A stretch of DNA of 64,000 nt from a candidate division Kazan bacterium GW2011_GWA1_50_15 (lineage in GTDB: Bacteria > Patescibacteriota > Kazan-3B-28), in the NCBI GenBank assembly GCA_001029795.1, contig CP011216.1, forward strand, positions 70,903 to 134,902. Reading direction: 5' to 3'. The notes beneath the pieces were generated by a model. That model was not told the DNA's origin. It worked only from the letters and a program-made list of their open reading frames with translations, and made no database searches. Positions 33,870 to 43,746 of this stretch are shown here, one piece after another (positions within the stretch are counted from its first letter, which is position 1; every line of letters begins with the position of its first letter). A program made the translations under genes and the position numbers.

Positions 33870-36722
33870 ATGGGGAACGGTATTAGCAAAGCAGAACAGG
33901 AGTTGGTGACTCGGCGGTTTACCCGGCCGGGTGATGATATATTCAAGATGTTGGATTGGGGTGTACGCCATGTGGAGCTAAAAGACGCCAGCGGTCGGAT
34001 GCTTTTAGATAAAGATGTGGAGGCGCCGCTATCCTGGTCAGATACGGCGGTGACGATCGCTGCCTATAAATATCTGCGCAAGCGAGGGGTGAGTACGCCG
34101 GAGGGGTGTGAGATATCGATCAGACAGCTAGTCCATCGCGTAGCCCATACTATTCGTACGGCAGGCGAGAAGTTGGGCCATCTCACCACTAAAGAGTTGG
34201 CGGATACATTTGAAGATGAGTTGAAATATATTTTGGTTACGCAGCGGGGGGCATTCAACTCTCCGGTGTGGTTCAATGTTGGGCTGTGGCACGAGTACAA
34301 CATTGATGGTTCAACCTTGAATTTTTTCTGGAATCAAGAGACTAATGAAGTTGAGCGAGCTACTAACGCCTACGAACATCCGCAAAGTTCGGCTTGCTTT
34401 ATTCAATCAATTAAAGACGACTTGGGCGATATCTTTGACCTAGTCAAAAAAGAGTCGCAGCTTTTTAAACACGGTAGTGGCACTGGAACTAACTTTTCAT
34501 CTTTGCGGTCAAAGTACGAACTGTTATCTGGTGGCGGAACTAGTAGTGGTGTAATGTCGTTTTTAAATGTGTTTAACGCTGGCGCAGGCGCGACTAAGTC
34601 GGGCGGGACGACCAGACGAGCCGCTAAGATGGTGATCTTAAACGTGGATCACCCTGAGATCATGGATTTTATTCGCTGGAAAGCGCGGGAGGAGGAGAAG
34701 GCCAAGATCCTGATCGAATATGGCGGTCTGCCGTCTGATTTCAACGGCGAGGCGTATCAGACAGTAGGTGGCCAAAACTCGAATAACTCAGTGCGGGTGA
34801 CAGATGAGTTTATGCAGAGCTATCTAGCCGGCGGTCAATGGGACACCCACGAAGTGCTGGGCGGTCGAGTGATCAACACCTACCCGGCCAAGCAGATCAT
34901 GCATGAGATAGCCGAGGCGGCTTGGCGGTGCGCCGACCCCGGGATGCAGTACGACACCACCATCAACCGGTGGCACACATGCAAGGTTAGTGGCCGCATT
35001 AACGGCAGTAATCCCTGCAGTGAGTATATGTTTTTGGACGATACTTCCTGCAACTTGGCCTCCATCAATTTGGTTAAGTTTATGAACGAGGACGGGAGTT
35101 TCAACGTCGAGGAGTTTCATCACGCGGTGGACATCTTTATTTTGGCGCAGGAGATTTTAGTTGATTTTTCGTCTTATCCGGCTAGGGGCATGGCTCAAAA
35201 CTCGCACGAGTTCCGTCCGCTAGGGCTGGGCTACGCCAACTTGGGGGCGTATTTGATGCGGGCCGGACTGCCTTATGACTCGGACAAGGGCCGAGCGCTG
35301 TCAGCGGCGATTACCGCCATGATGACGGGACGAGCCTACGCCCAGTCGGCTCGAATTGCCGAAAAGGTGGGGCCGTTCCCAGGTTACGCTAAAAATCGCG
35401 AGAGTATGTTGGAAGTTATCGGCATGCATCGAGACGCGGCGTATCGCGTTGATGCTAACAACTTGTCGGCGGAATTATTGGCCGTTTCTAAGCAAGATTG
35501 GGATGAGGCACTGGCGCTGGGTGAAAAGCATGGGTTTAGAAATGCGCAAGCCACGGTGTTGGCGCCGACGGGGACGATTGGTCCTTTAATGGACGCGGAT
35601 ACTACTGGCATCGAACCGGACTTTGCGTTGGTTAAATATAAGAAGTTAGCCGGTGGCGGCGGATATTCGATCGTGAATCAGTCAGTTGCACCGGCGCTAG
35701 AACGATTGGGCTATACGGGGAATGAAATTAAAACAATTACGGATTATATTTTAGAGACCGGCAAAATTGAAAACGCACCACATTTGAAAGATGAACATTT
35801 GCCGATTTTCGACTGCGCTAATCGGTGTGGTGACGGCAAAAGATTCATTCGGGCGATGGCGCACTTGGAAATTATGGCGGCGACTCAACCTTTCATTAGC
35901 GGCGCCATTAGCAAAACGGTGAATATGCCGGAGGAGGTGACGGTCGAGGAGGTGGAGGAGGTTTACATTGAGGCCTGGCGGAAGGGTCTGAAGGCGTTGG
36001 CGTTGTATCGGGATAACTGCAAGGCCTCCCAGCCGTTGTCAGCCAAGCGCAAAGAAGTGGAGGCGGCTACGACGCTCATCCCGGCCAAAGCACCAGAAAC
36101 CCATATGCCTAAAACCCGTCAGGGTATCACCCATAGTTTTATTGTGGGCAATCATAAGATCTATCTGACAGCCAATCACTTTGATGACGGTCGGCTGGGC
36201 GAGATATTTTTGCGGTCGGCGCGCGAGGGCTCGATGGTATCGGGTCTGCTCGATACCTTGGCTCGGTTGATGTCGAAGGCCTTACAGCGCGGTGAGTCAG
36301 TAGAATCATTAATTGATTCGCTCATCAATATGCGATTCGAACCGTGGGGCGCGACTGATGATGCAGACATCCCGTTCGCGAAATCCATTCCTGACTACAT
36401 CGCGCGGTGGTTGGGCCGGCAGTTCTTACCGGTTAATCGGCAGGTGATGTTCGGTATCATCGGCGAAGATGTCGCTAAGAGCTTAGAGAGCACGGATGTG
36501 ACAAACGTGGACACTAAAGACCAGACGGTCGAAGCCGCCGCGGATGAAACGCCCGAACCCATCACTTTGCCGCTACAGGAGACATTCAATATCAAGATGG
36601 AGGCTAATGGCGATGTGGCGGAGGGCTCAGCCCCGCCGTGTCCGACCTGCGGCGCTTTGATGGTCCGTAACGGGACATGCTATGCTTGCCGCGAATGCGG
36701 GACGACGACAGGATGCAGCTAG
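33870..36722 (+). CDS. nrdJ: Class II (adenosylcobalamin-dependent) ribonucleotide reductase
   Basis: 950-aa single-chain RNR with conserved PCSEY..CNLASINL active-site region and C-terminal Cys pair (CPTCG...CYACRECG). Confidence 0.75.
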   Translation: MGNGISKAEQELVTRRFTRPGDDIFKMLDWGVRHVELKDASGRMLLDKDVEAPLSWSDTAVTIAAYKYLRKRGVSTPEGCEISIRQLVHRVAHTIRTAGEKLGHLTTKELADTFEDELKYILVTQRGAFNSPVWFNVGLWHEYNIDGSTLNFFWNQETNEVERATNAYEHPQSSACFIQSIKDDLGDIFDLVKKESQLFKHGSGTGTNFSSLRSKYELLSGGGTSSGVMSFLNVFNAGAGATKSGGTTRRAAKMVILNVDHPEIMDFIRWKAREEEKAKILIEYGGLPSDFNGEAYQTVGGQNSNNSVRVTDEFMQSYLAGGQWDTHEVLGGRVINTYPAKQIMHEIAEAAWRCADPGMQYDTTINRWHTCKVSGRINGSNPCSEYMFLDDTSCNLASINLVKFMNEDGSFNVEEFHHAVDIFILAQEILVDFSSYPARGMAQNSHEFRPLGLGYANLGAYLMRAGLPYDSDKGRALSAAITAMMTGRAYAQSARIAEKVGPFPGYAKNRESMLEVIGMHRDAAYRVDANNLSAELLAVSKQDWDEALALGEKHGFRNAQATVLAPTGTIGPLMDADTTGIEPDFALVKYKKLAGGGGYSIVNQSVAPALERLGYTGNEIKTITDYILETGKIENAPHLKDEHLPIFDCANRCGDGKRFIRAMAHLEIMAATQPFISGAISKTVNMPEEVTVEEVEEVYIEAWRKGLKALALYRDNCKASQPLSAKRKEVEAATTLIPAKAPETHMPKTRQGITHSFIVGNHKIYLTANHFDDGRLGEIFLRSAREGSMVSGLLDTLARLMSKALQRGESVESLIDSLINMRFEPWGATDDADIPFAKSIPDYIARWLGRQFLPVNRQVMFGIIGEDVAKSLESTDVTNVDTKDQTVEAAADETPEPITLPLQETFNIKMEANGDVAEGSAPPCPTCGALMVRNGTCYACRECGTTTGCS

Positions 36723-36796
36723 AGAGTGAATCATGAAGTACGAATAATGAATTATGGGGTAAGACAGGGAGATATAGAGCAGATTGAGCAAATAAA

Positions 36797-37237
36797 ATGA
36801 GTATTTTTCTTGGCTTTATAGTTTTGGTGGCGGCACTCTTGGCCCTGCTGGAGATCCAGATCGAGGGCCGAGAGGGCTGGGCTAAGAATCTACCGACCTG
36901 GCGGCTGCGGGGCACTTGGCTGAATCGTCTGTTGGGACGGCAAGAGTTTACTGGATATCATCTGCATCTCAACCTGCTGATGTTAGCCTTGTTCCATCTG
37001 CCTGTTGTGGTCTTGGGTGAGTGGAGTTGGGCGCTGGAAGCGCGGGTGCTGGGCGGGATGATGGTGATGTCCGTCATTGAGGATTTTCTGTGGTTCGTTT
37101 TTAACCCGCGCTGGAAGTTACGGGAATTCTTTGCTCACCAAGTACCCTGGCATCAACTGTGGGTGGGGCCTTTTCCGGGCTTCTACTACACTGGCTTAAT
37201 TATCGGATGGTGGTTAATCTATTGGTCTTACCGATGA
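36797..37237 (+). CDS. Hypothetical integral membrane protein
   Basis: Multiple hydrophobic segments, Trp-rich. Confidence 0.4.
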   Translation: MSIFLGFIVLVAALLALLEIQIEGREGWAKNLPTWRLRGTWLNRLLGRQEFTGYHLHLNLLMLALFHLPVVVLGEWSWALEARVLGGMMVMSVIEDFLWFVFNPRWKLREFFAHQVPWHQLWVGPFPGFYYTGLIIGWWLIYWSYR

Positions 37238-37965
37238 ACGAAGTAATTGAATTAGAACCCGAGACCGAAGCATTGCCAGTCATGGAAGTGGCTGGCTTGC
37301 GCGCGGAGATTCACGCCAAGATCAATGAGGCGGTGAGTTTGGGTGTGTTCACGGCGGACGAAGCGAGGCAGTGGGAAGCGGGGTTTGAGGCCTGCACCAA
37401 AATCGAACATATGGAGGAGTTGGTTGATATCATCGATAACTTCATCGATTCTGGTCTCGAGGTAATGGACAAGATAGACACGGTGCTAACTGGTGATGCG
37501 TTTACATCAACCGAACGGATCCAGTGGCGAAGCGAAGCCGAATGGTTAACTTTTAGAGGGATGCAGCTGCTGTTAGACAGATTATTTGAAATTAGTAGTT
37601 CAGCAGAGCAACTGCGCCACCAGTTAGTGAGCTTCTTGGCAGCTAGTCGCTATATCACTCACGAGCGGGCCGAAGAGTTGTGGGGCAAGTTTCATACAGC
37701 TGAAGTAGAGCAGAAACCAAAGGTTTTAGATGACGCTGTACAGTTAGAGTTATCTAGCATGACGGATTACCAGCGATTGAGCCGTGCCACACAAGCCAGG
37801 ATCCGCCAACTGATTAGCGAAGGAAGCTTTAGCAATGCCGAAACCGCTCTGGGGACGGCGCTACCTAAAGCGATCAATCTGTCCGAATACACCGCGTTGC
37901 GCCGCGAGTTGGATGAAGCGCGGATTCAAGAGACGCGCCAGACTATAAGACAAGCGGCAGCGTAG
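37234..37965 (+). CDS. Hypothetical protein
   Basis: ATG 37234 overlaps the upstream stop (ATGA). Helical, no recognised domain. Confidence 0.4.
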   Translation: MNEVIELEPETEALPVMEVAGLRAEIHAKINEAVSLGVFTADEARQWEAGFEACTKIEHMEELVDIIDNFIDSGLEVMDKIDTVLTGDAFTSTERIQWRSEAEWLTFRGMQLLLDRLFEISSSAEQLRHQLVSFLAASRYITHERAEELWGKFHTAEVEQKPKVLDDAVQLELSSMTDYQRLSRATQARIRQLISEGSFSNAETALGTALPKAINLSEYTALRRELDEARIQETRQTIRQAAA

Positions 37966-37981
37966 CCAGTACACTGGGACT

Positions 37982-38206
37982 ATGAGAATAAAAGTAGTGG
38001 TCGTACCCCGGTCCAGCCGCAACGCCATCGAGGAACTGCCGGATGGCAGTTTTAAAGTGTGGGTACGGGCCGTTCCAGAGAAGGGGAAGGCCAATCTGGC
38101 CGTCATTGAACTGTTGGCGCTGAATTTTCGAGTGCCCAAAACCCAAATCGAACTTATTTCTGGGCATCGAGATAAACATAAAATTTTTGAGATTTTTGAA
38201 GCGTGA
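37982..38206 (+). CDS. DUF167 (YggU-like) family protein
   Basis: IKVVVVPRSSRNAIEE...KVWVRAVPEKGKANLAVIELLA matches DUF167. Confidence 0.65.
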   Translation: MRIKVVVVPRSSRNAIEELPDGSFKVWVRAVPEKGKANLAVIELLALNFRVPKTQIELISGHRDKHKIFEIFEA

Positions 38207-38364
38207 AATGACGCTTCACCCATTGCTACTTTTGTCTTGCCAAAAGTAGCCAAAAGCGTGGCCCGCTCACCAATTGCTAACCGAAAGGCAAAATCTGCTT
38301 TCTGGCTTTCGGCAAACTCGTCGCCTTGCTCCTTAGACAGTGCCTGCGCTACGCAGATTTTGCC
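38198..38364 (+). repeat. Copy 4 of ~170-nt structured 3'-UTR repeat (H1 spans the DUF167 stop codon)
   Basis: H1 38198-38217 (GAAGCGT/ACGCTTC with TGA in the loop), H2 38225-38250 (GCTACTTTTG tcttgc CAAAAGTAGC, compensatory T-A vs C-G), CAAAAGCGT, B stem 38287-38298 with 38353-38364. Confidence 0.7.
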
Positions 38365-38533
38365 ATCGGCGGACGCAATTGCCTCGAAGGGCCGGGTAAG
38401 AGCATAGCATGGTTAGCCTGAGGGATGCCGCTGGGAAGATGACCCCACGCCGAAGGGCTACGGGGGAATAATGCTGGTCAGGAGGATAAAATCGGCTATA
38501 ATGAGGGGGATATTTTTTGATATTAGACAAGAT

Positions 38534-39049
38534 ATGCCTAGTCAATATGCGGAACAGCGGGTGGGGGTCTTTGTCGATGTGGCCAATATGTACTATTCGG
38601 CCAAGGCGATGTACCAGCAGAAGGTAAATTTCAAAGCCATCTTGGAAGAGGCGGTCGGAGACCGCAACTTGATCCGAGCGCTGGCTTATGTGGTCCAGGC
38701 CGACATTCCCGAGGAGGCCGGGTTTTTTGAGGCGTTGGAGCGGATCGGATTTGAAGTGAAGGCCAAAGAACTGCAGGTTTTCTACGGTGGCCATAAAAAG
38801 GGTGACTGGGATGTTGGTATCGCCATGGATACTATTAAGCTCTCGACCAAGATAGATGTGGTGGTGTTGGTCTCTGGCGATGGTGATTTTGTGCCGCTGG
38901 TGGAGTATCTGCAGAGCAACGGGCAAAAAGTTGAAGTGATGGCATTTGGTCGGAGCGCTTCGGGGAAGTTGCGGGATGCGGTGGATAAATTTATTGATCT
39001 GGACGCTAATCCTAAGAAGTTTTTGATCACGGAGAGGAAGCGGCGATGA
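38534..39049 (+). CDS. NYN-domain (LabA-like) protein
   Basis: VGVFVDVANMYYS...DVGIAMD...VLVSGDGDFVPLV classic NYN/LabA motifs. Start at ATG 38534. Confidence 0.7.
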   Translation: MPSQYAEQRVGVFVDVANMYYSAKAMYQQKVNFKAILEEAVGDRNLIRALAYVVQADIPEEAGFFEALERIGFEVKAKELQVFYGGHKKGDWDVGIAMDTIKLSTKIDVVVLVSGDGDFVPLVEYLQSNGQKVEVMAFGRSASGKLRDAVDKFIDLDANPKKFLITERKRR

Positions 39050-39187
39050 ATCCCGTTAAAAACTGTCTTTGCCGGGAGTACGAGAGATAACCAGTCAACC
39101 AATGTTCACTATAACCGCAACCTATACCAGTTTTGCGAAAAAAGAATTCTTACCAGAATTATTTTTTCGCGTAAAGTTTCTAACGGG

Positions 39188-42097
39188 ATGAAGTTCAAGC
39201 CGGTTGATCCGAGAGCGGACTTCGCTAAACAGGAGGAGGAAGTCCTCGGATTTTGGGATAAGGAAAAAATTTTTCAGAAAAGTTTAGAACAGAGAGCCGG
39301 TGCGCGCCGGTTCGTATTTTTCGAAGGGCCACCGACGGCTAACGCTAAACCCGGTTTACATCATGCGTTAGCTCGGTATTTTAAGGACTTATTTCCGCGG
39401 TACAAGACTATGCAGGGATTTTTAGTGGAACGCAAGGCTGGTTGGGATACTCACGGTTTGCCGGTGGAGATAGCGGTAGAGAAAGAATTAGGGATTACCT
39501 CCAAGCCGGAGATCGAGACCTACGGCGTAGAGAAATTTAACGCCAAGGCCAGAGAAAGTGTCTGGGAGCATAAAGCCGACTGGGAGAAGTTCACCAAGCG
39601 GAGTGGGTTTTGGTTGGATATGGAGCATCCGTACATCACCTATGAACCGGATTACATTGAGTCGGTCTGGTGGATTTTAAAGCAGGCCTGGGACAAGGAG
39701 CTGATTTATCGGGGGCATCGGGTGGTGCCGCGCTGTCCAAGATGCGGAACGGCATTATCAAGTCATGAAGTGGCGCAGGGCTATAAAGAAGTGACGGAGA
39801 CCTCCGTGTTCGTAAAGTTCAAAGTTAAAGATAAACCCAATACTTATATCCTGTCTTGGACGACGACACCGTGGACACTGCCGGGGAATGTGGCACTAGC
39901 CGTAGGTGAAAATATCGCCTACGCGAAAATCCAAATTACAAATGACAAATTACAAAATAAGGAATACCTGATTTTGGCGGAGGAGTTGATTGAGAAAGTT
40001 TTTGGCGAGGAGAAGGTTGAAATCGTTGAAAGAATGGCGGGGAAGGATTTGGTGGGTTGGGAGTACGAACCGCTATTCCCGGGAGCGGTGCCAAGTAATA
40101 CGCCGAATTTTGCTAATGCGTTTAAAGTTTATCCGGCAGAGTTTGTTACGACTGAAGACGGCACCGGGGTGGTGCACACAGCGGTGATGTACGGCGAGGA
40201 CGATTATCAACTAGGCGAGAAGGTTGGTCTGCCCAAGTTCCATACGGTTCTGCCCGACGGCAAGTTCGGGCCGGGGGTGACTGAGTGGGCGGGGCAGTTT
40301 GTTAAAGACCACAAGGTGGAACAGGGGATTATTGCCGACTTAGACAAGCGCGGGTTGTTATTTAAGGAGGTGCCATTCACCCACGACTACCCATTCTGCT
40401 GGCGGTGTGAGACGCCGCTGATCTACTATGCGTCGGATTCGTGGTTCATCGCTATGTCTAAACTACGTGACCAGTTAATTAAAAATAATGCTACGGTCGA
40501 GTGGACACCAACCCATATTAAAGACGGTCGGTTTGGTGAGTGGCTCCGGGAGGTGAAGGACTGGGGTATCTCCCGCGAGCGGTACTGGGGGACGCCATTG
40601 CCATTCTGGGTCAACAGTGAAGGCGAAACACTTTGCGTGGGTTCGTTCTCGGAATTGCATAAATTAGCCAAGGAACCGGAAAAGATCGGAACGGGATTTG
40701 ATCCGCACAAACCATTCGTGGATAACATCGTTTTAGTTAAAGGTGGTAAGGAGTACACCAGAGTGCCGGAGGTGTTGGATGTCTGGTTCGATTCTGGCGC
40801 CATGCCGTTCGCGCAGTGGCACTACCCGAACGAGAACGCGGAAAAAATTGACCGGGGCGAGGCCTTTCCGGCCGACTTTATCTCCGAGGCCATCGATCAG
40901 ACCCGGGGCTGGTTTTACACGCTGTTGGCCGTTTCCACGCTGCTGGGCAAGCCGGCGCCGTATAAACATGTGGTGTGTCTGGGACACATTTTAGACAAAC
41001 ACGGAAAGAAGATGAGCAAGTCCAAGGGTAATGTGGTGGACCCGTGGATGATATTTGATAAATACGGTTCCGACGCTCTGCGATGGTATTTCATAACCCT
41101 CAACCAGCCGGGTCTGCCAAAAAACTTTGACGAAGAGGGGGTGAAAACGGTCGTGCGCCGGTTGATGCTGACGCTGTGGAACACTTATTCATTCTTTGTC
41201 ACGTATGCCAATATCGATGGGTTTACGCCTGACTTACAAACGAAAGTCAAACCGAAAGAGATGTTGGATAAGTGGATTTGGACCCGGCGTGATCAGCTGA
41301 TCGAACATGTCACTTATCATTTAGACCGCTATGAACCGATGGCGGCCTGTTTGGCCATTGAGAGCTTTGTGGAAGATCTCTCTAACTGGTATGTTCGCAG
41401 AAGCCGGCGTCGGTTTTGGAAGGCAGGTGACGCTAGCCAGACCAAGGACAAGCAACTAGCTTACGGCGTGCTCTACGGCGTCTTGAAGGACCTCACGAAA
41501 CTGATGGCGCCGTTCATGCCGTTTTTGGCTGAAGCCGTCTATGCCAACTTAAAAACAGACACTGAACCGATCTCGGTACATCTAACTACCTGGCCTAGGG
41601 CGGGCAAGGTTGACGAACCCACGCTGGAGGCGATGAGCCAAGTGCGGCACTGGGTAGAGGTGGGCCTGAATCAACGCGAGGCGGCAGGGATAAAAGTGCG
41701 CCAACCGTTGGCTCGATTTTCTGTTAAAACAGAGCAGTTGGACGAGGACTTAGTTAGTATCTTGCGCGATGAGCTCAATGTGAAAGAGATCGTGTTGGGG
41801 GACAAAGTTGAACAGCTGGACACGCAATTAACTGACGCTTTGCGCGAAGAGGGTCTGGCGCGTGAACTGGTACGGGCTATCCAAGTTTTGCGCAAGGAGT
41901 CAGGGTTTGAGATCCAAAACCACATTAAAATTCTTTGGCAAACCGATAATAAAATTGTTCAGCAAGCCATTCAAGCGTGGGGCGAATATATTCGCTTGGA
42001 AACTTTGGCGGACGCGATGGAGATGAGCGATAACAACGGGATCGAGATAAAAATCGACGGTGATATGATAAAGTTATTAGTGACAAAAGTATCATGA
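39188..42097 (+). CDS. ileS: Isoleucyl-tRNA synthetase
   Basis: HIGH-like PGLHHAL, RYKTMQGF, WDTHGLPVE, TPWTLPGN, KMSKSKGN; 969 aa. Confidence 0.9.
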   Translation: MKFKPVDPRADFAKQEEEVLGFWDKEKIFQKSLEQRAGARRFVFFEGPPTANAKPGLHHALARYFKDLFPRYKTMQGFLVERKAGWDTHGLPVEIAVEKELGITSKPEIETYGVEKFNAKARESVWEHKADWEKFTKRSGFWLDMEHPYITYEPDYIESVWWILKQAWDKELIYRGHRVVPRCPRCGTALSSHEVAQGYKEVTETSVFVKFKVKDKPNTYILSWTTTPWTLPGNVALAVGENIAYAKIQITNDKLQNKEYLILAEELIEKVFGEEKVEIVERMAGKDLVGWEYEPLFPGAVPSNTPNFANAFKVYPAEFVTTEDGTGVVHTAVMYGEDDYQLGEKVGLPKFHTVLPDGKFGPGVTEWAGQFVKDHKVEQGIIADLDKRGLLFKEVPFTHDYPFCWRCETPLIYYASDSWFIAMSKLRDQLIKNNATVEWTPTHIKDGRFGEWLREVKDWGISRERYWGTPLPFWVNSEGETLCVGSFSELHKLAKEPEKIGTGFDPHKPFVDNIVLVKGGKEYTRVPEVLDVWFDSGAMPFAQWHYPNENAEKIDRGEAFPADFISEAIDQTRGWFYTLLAVSTLLGKPAPYKHVVCLGHILDKHGKKMSKSKGNVVDPWMIFDKYGSDALRWYFITLNQPGLPKNFDEEGVKTVVRRLMLTLWNTYSFFVTYANIDGFTPDLQTKVKPKEMLDKWIWTRRDQLIEHVTYHLDRYEPMAACLAIESFVEDLSNWYVRRSRRRFWKAGDASQTKDKQLAYGVLYGVLKDLTKLMAPFMPFLAEAVYANLKTDTEPISVHLTTWPRAGKVDEPTLEAMSQVRHWVEVGLNQREAAGIKVRQPLARFSVKTEQLDEDLVSILRDELNVKEIVLGDKVEQLDTQLTDALREEGLARELVRAIQVLRKESGFEIQNHIKILWQTDNKIVQQAIQAWGEYIRLETLADAMEMSDNNGIEIKIDGDMIKLLVTKVS

Positions 42098-42603
42098 ATC
42101 GATTTGTCTCTAATCTAATTCTGGGGCTGTTCGCGGTGGCGCTGATCGCTGTCTACGGTGTTAGTAAACAGCCAGCAGTGTTTTCGTTGGGTCAGATGTT
42201 GCCGCAGCAGTTAGTTCGGACGCCGAGCGGCGTGCAGGCAGCAGTGCGGCTACCAGGAGGCCAGGTGATCCAAGCTCAGATAGCTGATACGCCCGAGGCT
42301 CAAGCTCAGGGCCTGTCCGGGGTAGAGGCTATCCCAGCCAATGGGGGGATGTTGTTCGTATTTCAAGATGACGGCGCGCACGGTATCTGGATGAAGGGGA
42401 TGAAGATCCCACTGGATATATTGTGGCTTGATAGTCGGGGTGAAGTGGTCCAGATCGTTCAGAATGCTCCAGTGCCAGATAGCGCTGGGTCTGAACTGCC
42501 AATATACCAAAATGACCAACCAGCCAAATACGTGCTGGAATTGGCGGCTGGCACAGTGGAGGCAACTGGGCTTGAGGTGGGAGCGGAGCTAGGGCTATCC
42601 TAG
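42094..42603 (+). CDS. DUF192 (COG1430) family secreted protein
   Basis: IPLDILWLDSRGEVVQI motif; N-terminal signal/TM. Confidence 0.6.
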   Translation: MNRFVSNLILGLFAVALIAVYGVSKQPAVFSLGQMLPQQLVRTPSGVQAAVRLPGGQVIQAQIADTPEAQAQGLSGVEAIPANGGMLFVFQDDGAHGIWMKGMKIPLDILWLDSRGEVVQIVQNAPVPDSAGSELPIYQNDQPAKYVLELAAGTVEATGLEVGAELGLS

Positions 42604-42664
42604 AGCTGGCCAAACCAGATAAGACTTGACCCTTGGGCGGCACAGGTGGTAACTTTTGGAAGTT

Positions 42665-42973
42665 ATGCAGTTAGCAGTTATCAAAACCGGAGGCAAACAA
42701 TACCTTGTGACCGAGGGGATGACCTTGGATATCGAAAAATTGGTCGGCGAACCAGCCAGCGAGGTAAAGTTCACTGAGGTGTTACTGGTGGTCAACGACG
42801 ATCAGCTGAAGCTCGGGACCCCCTTGGTGGACGGGGCAATGGTAATTGGTCAGATCGTTAAACAAGGACGTGATCCTAAGGTGACGGTAGCCAAGATGAA
42901 ACGGCGCAAACGTTATCGTCGCGTCGCTGGCCACAAGCAGTTTATAACTCGGGTCGAGATAATGAAGATCTAA
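42665..42973 (+). CDS. rplU: 50S ribosomal protein L21
   Basis: MQLAVIKTGGKQYLVTEG typical L21 N-terminus. Confidence 0.85.
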   Translation: MQLAVIKTGGKQYLVTEGMTLDIEKLVGEPASEVKFTEVLLVVNDDQLKLGTPLVDGAMVIGQIVKQGRDPKVTVAKMKRRKRYRRVAGHKQFITRVEIMKI

Positions 42974-42974
42974 A

Positions 42975-43000
42975 AATCCTGCCGTGCGGCAGGATTTTTG
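42975..43000. terminator. Bidirectional terminator (ATCCTGCC gtgc GGCAGGAT) between rplU and convergent lepB
   Basis: Palindrome flanked by A-run and T-run. Confidence 0.65.
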
Positions 43001-43654
43001 TTATAAGCTTTTACCGTAGGAGGGGGTGGAGATGCTGTGGAAGTCGTCGAACGGATAGATGACCACCCAGACCTTGCCGACGATCAAGTGACGCGCGACC
43101 GGTCCCCAGATGCGCGAGTCGGAGCTGTTGTGACGGTTATCACCCATAACAAAGTACTCGTCTTTGCTTAGAGTACGCCGGGTATCGGTGGGAGTATCAG
43201 CGCCGCGGAGGTAGGACTCGTCCAGGAGAGCGCCGTTGGGATTCTGTTTGTTGTATATCGTAACGCGTCCATCTCTGACCTCGACAGTTTCTCCTGGTAG
43301 TCCGATAACCCGCTTGATAAAGGAGATGGCTGTATTTTGTGGCCACTTAAAGACAACGACATCTCCTCGGTGTGGGGTGCGGAATCGGTAGGTGACTTGG
43401 TCGACAATGATGTACTCATTGTTATGGAAGTTTGGTTCCATGGAGGGACCAGAGACGTAGAACGGTTGGATGAGGAAGAAGCGGATAAGAAAAGCCACGC
43501 CCAAGACCGTACTGACGGTTTTGAAAACATCGTAAATAAAAATAACTGTGCCGACAAAAATCGTCAACCAGAGATGGCGGTGCGGTGCGCCGCGCCGTTT
43601 CGGGGAAGCGGGTTTACTGTCCCCGTCCTCGTGGGCGAACATGTCATCAACCAT
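43001..43654 (-). CDS. lepB: Signal peptidase I
   Basis: GPSMEPNF (Ser nucleophile box), GDNRHNSSDSRIWG (box E). Confidence 0.85.
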   Translation of the reverse strand: MVDDMFAHEDGDSKPASPKRRGAPHRHLWLTIFVGTVIFIYDVFKTVSTVLGVAFLIRFFLIQPFYVSGPSMEPNFHNNEYIIVDQVTYRFRTPHRGDVVVFKWPQNTAISFIKRVIGLPGETVEVRDGRVTIYNKQNPNGALLDESYLRGADTPTDTRRTLSKDEYFVMGDNRHNSSDSRIWGPVARHLIVGKVWVVIYPFDDFHSISTPSYGKSL

Positions 43655-43746
43655 GGTGTTCTATAAAAATCCTCTTAATTGTACAACATTTGAAAGTTAA
43701 ACTGCTTTTGGCTATGATAGGAGACGCATTGACGGGCTTGTAGCGT

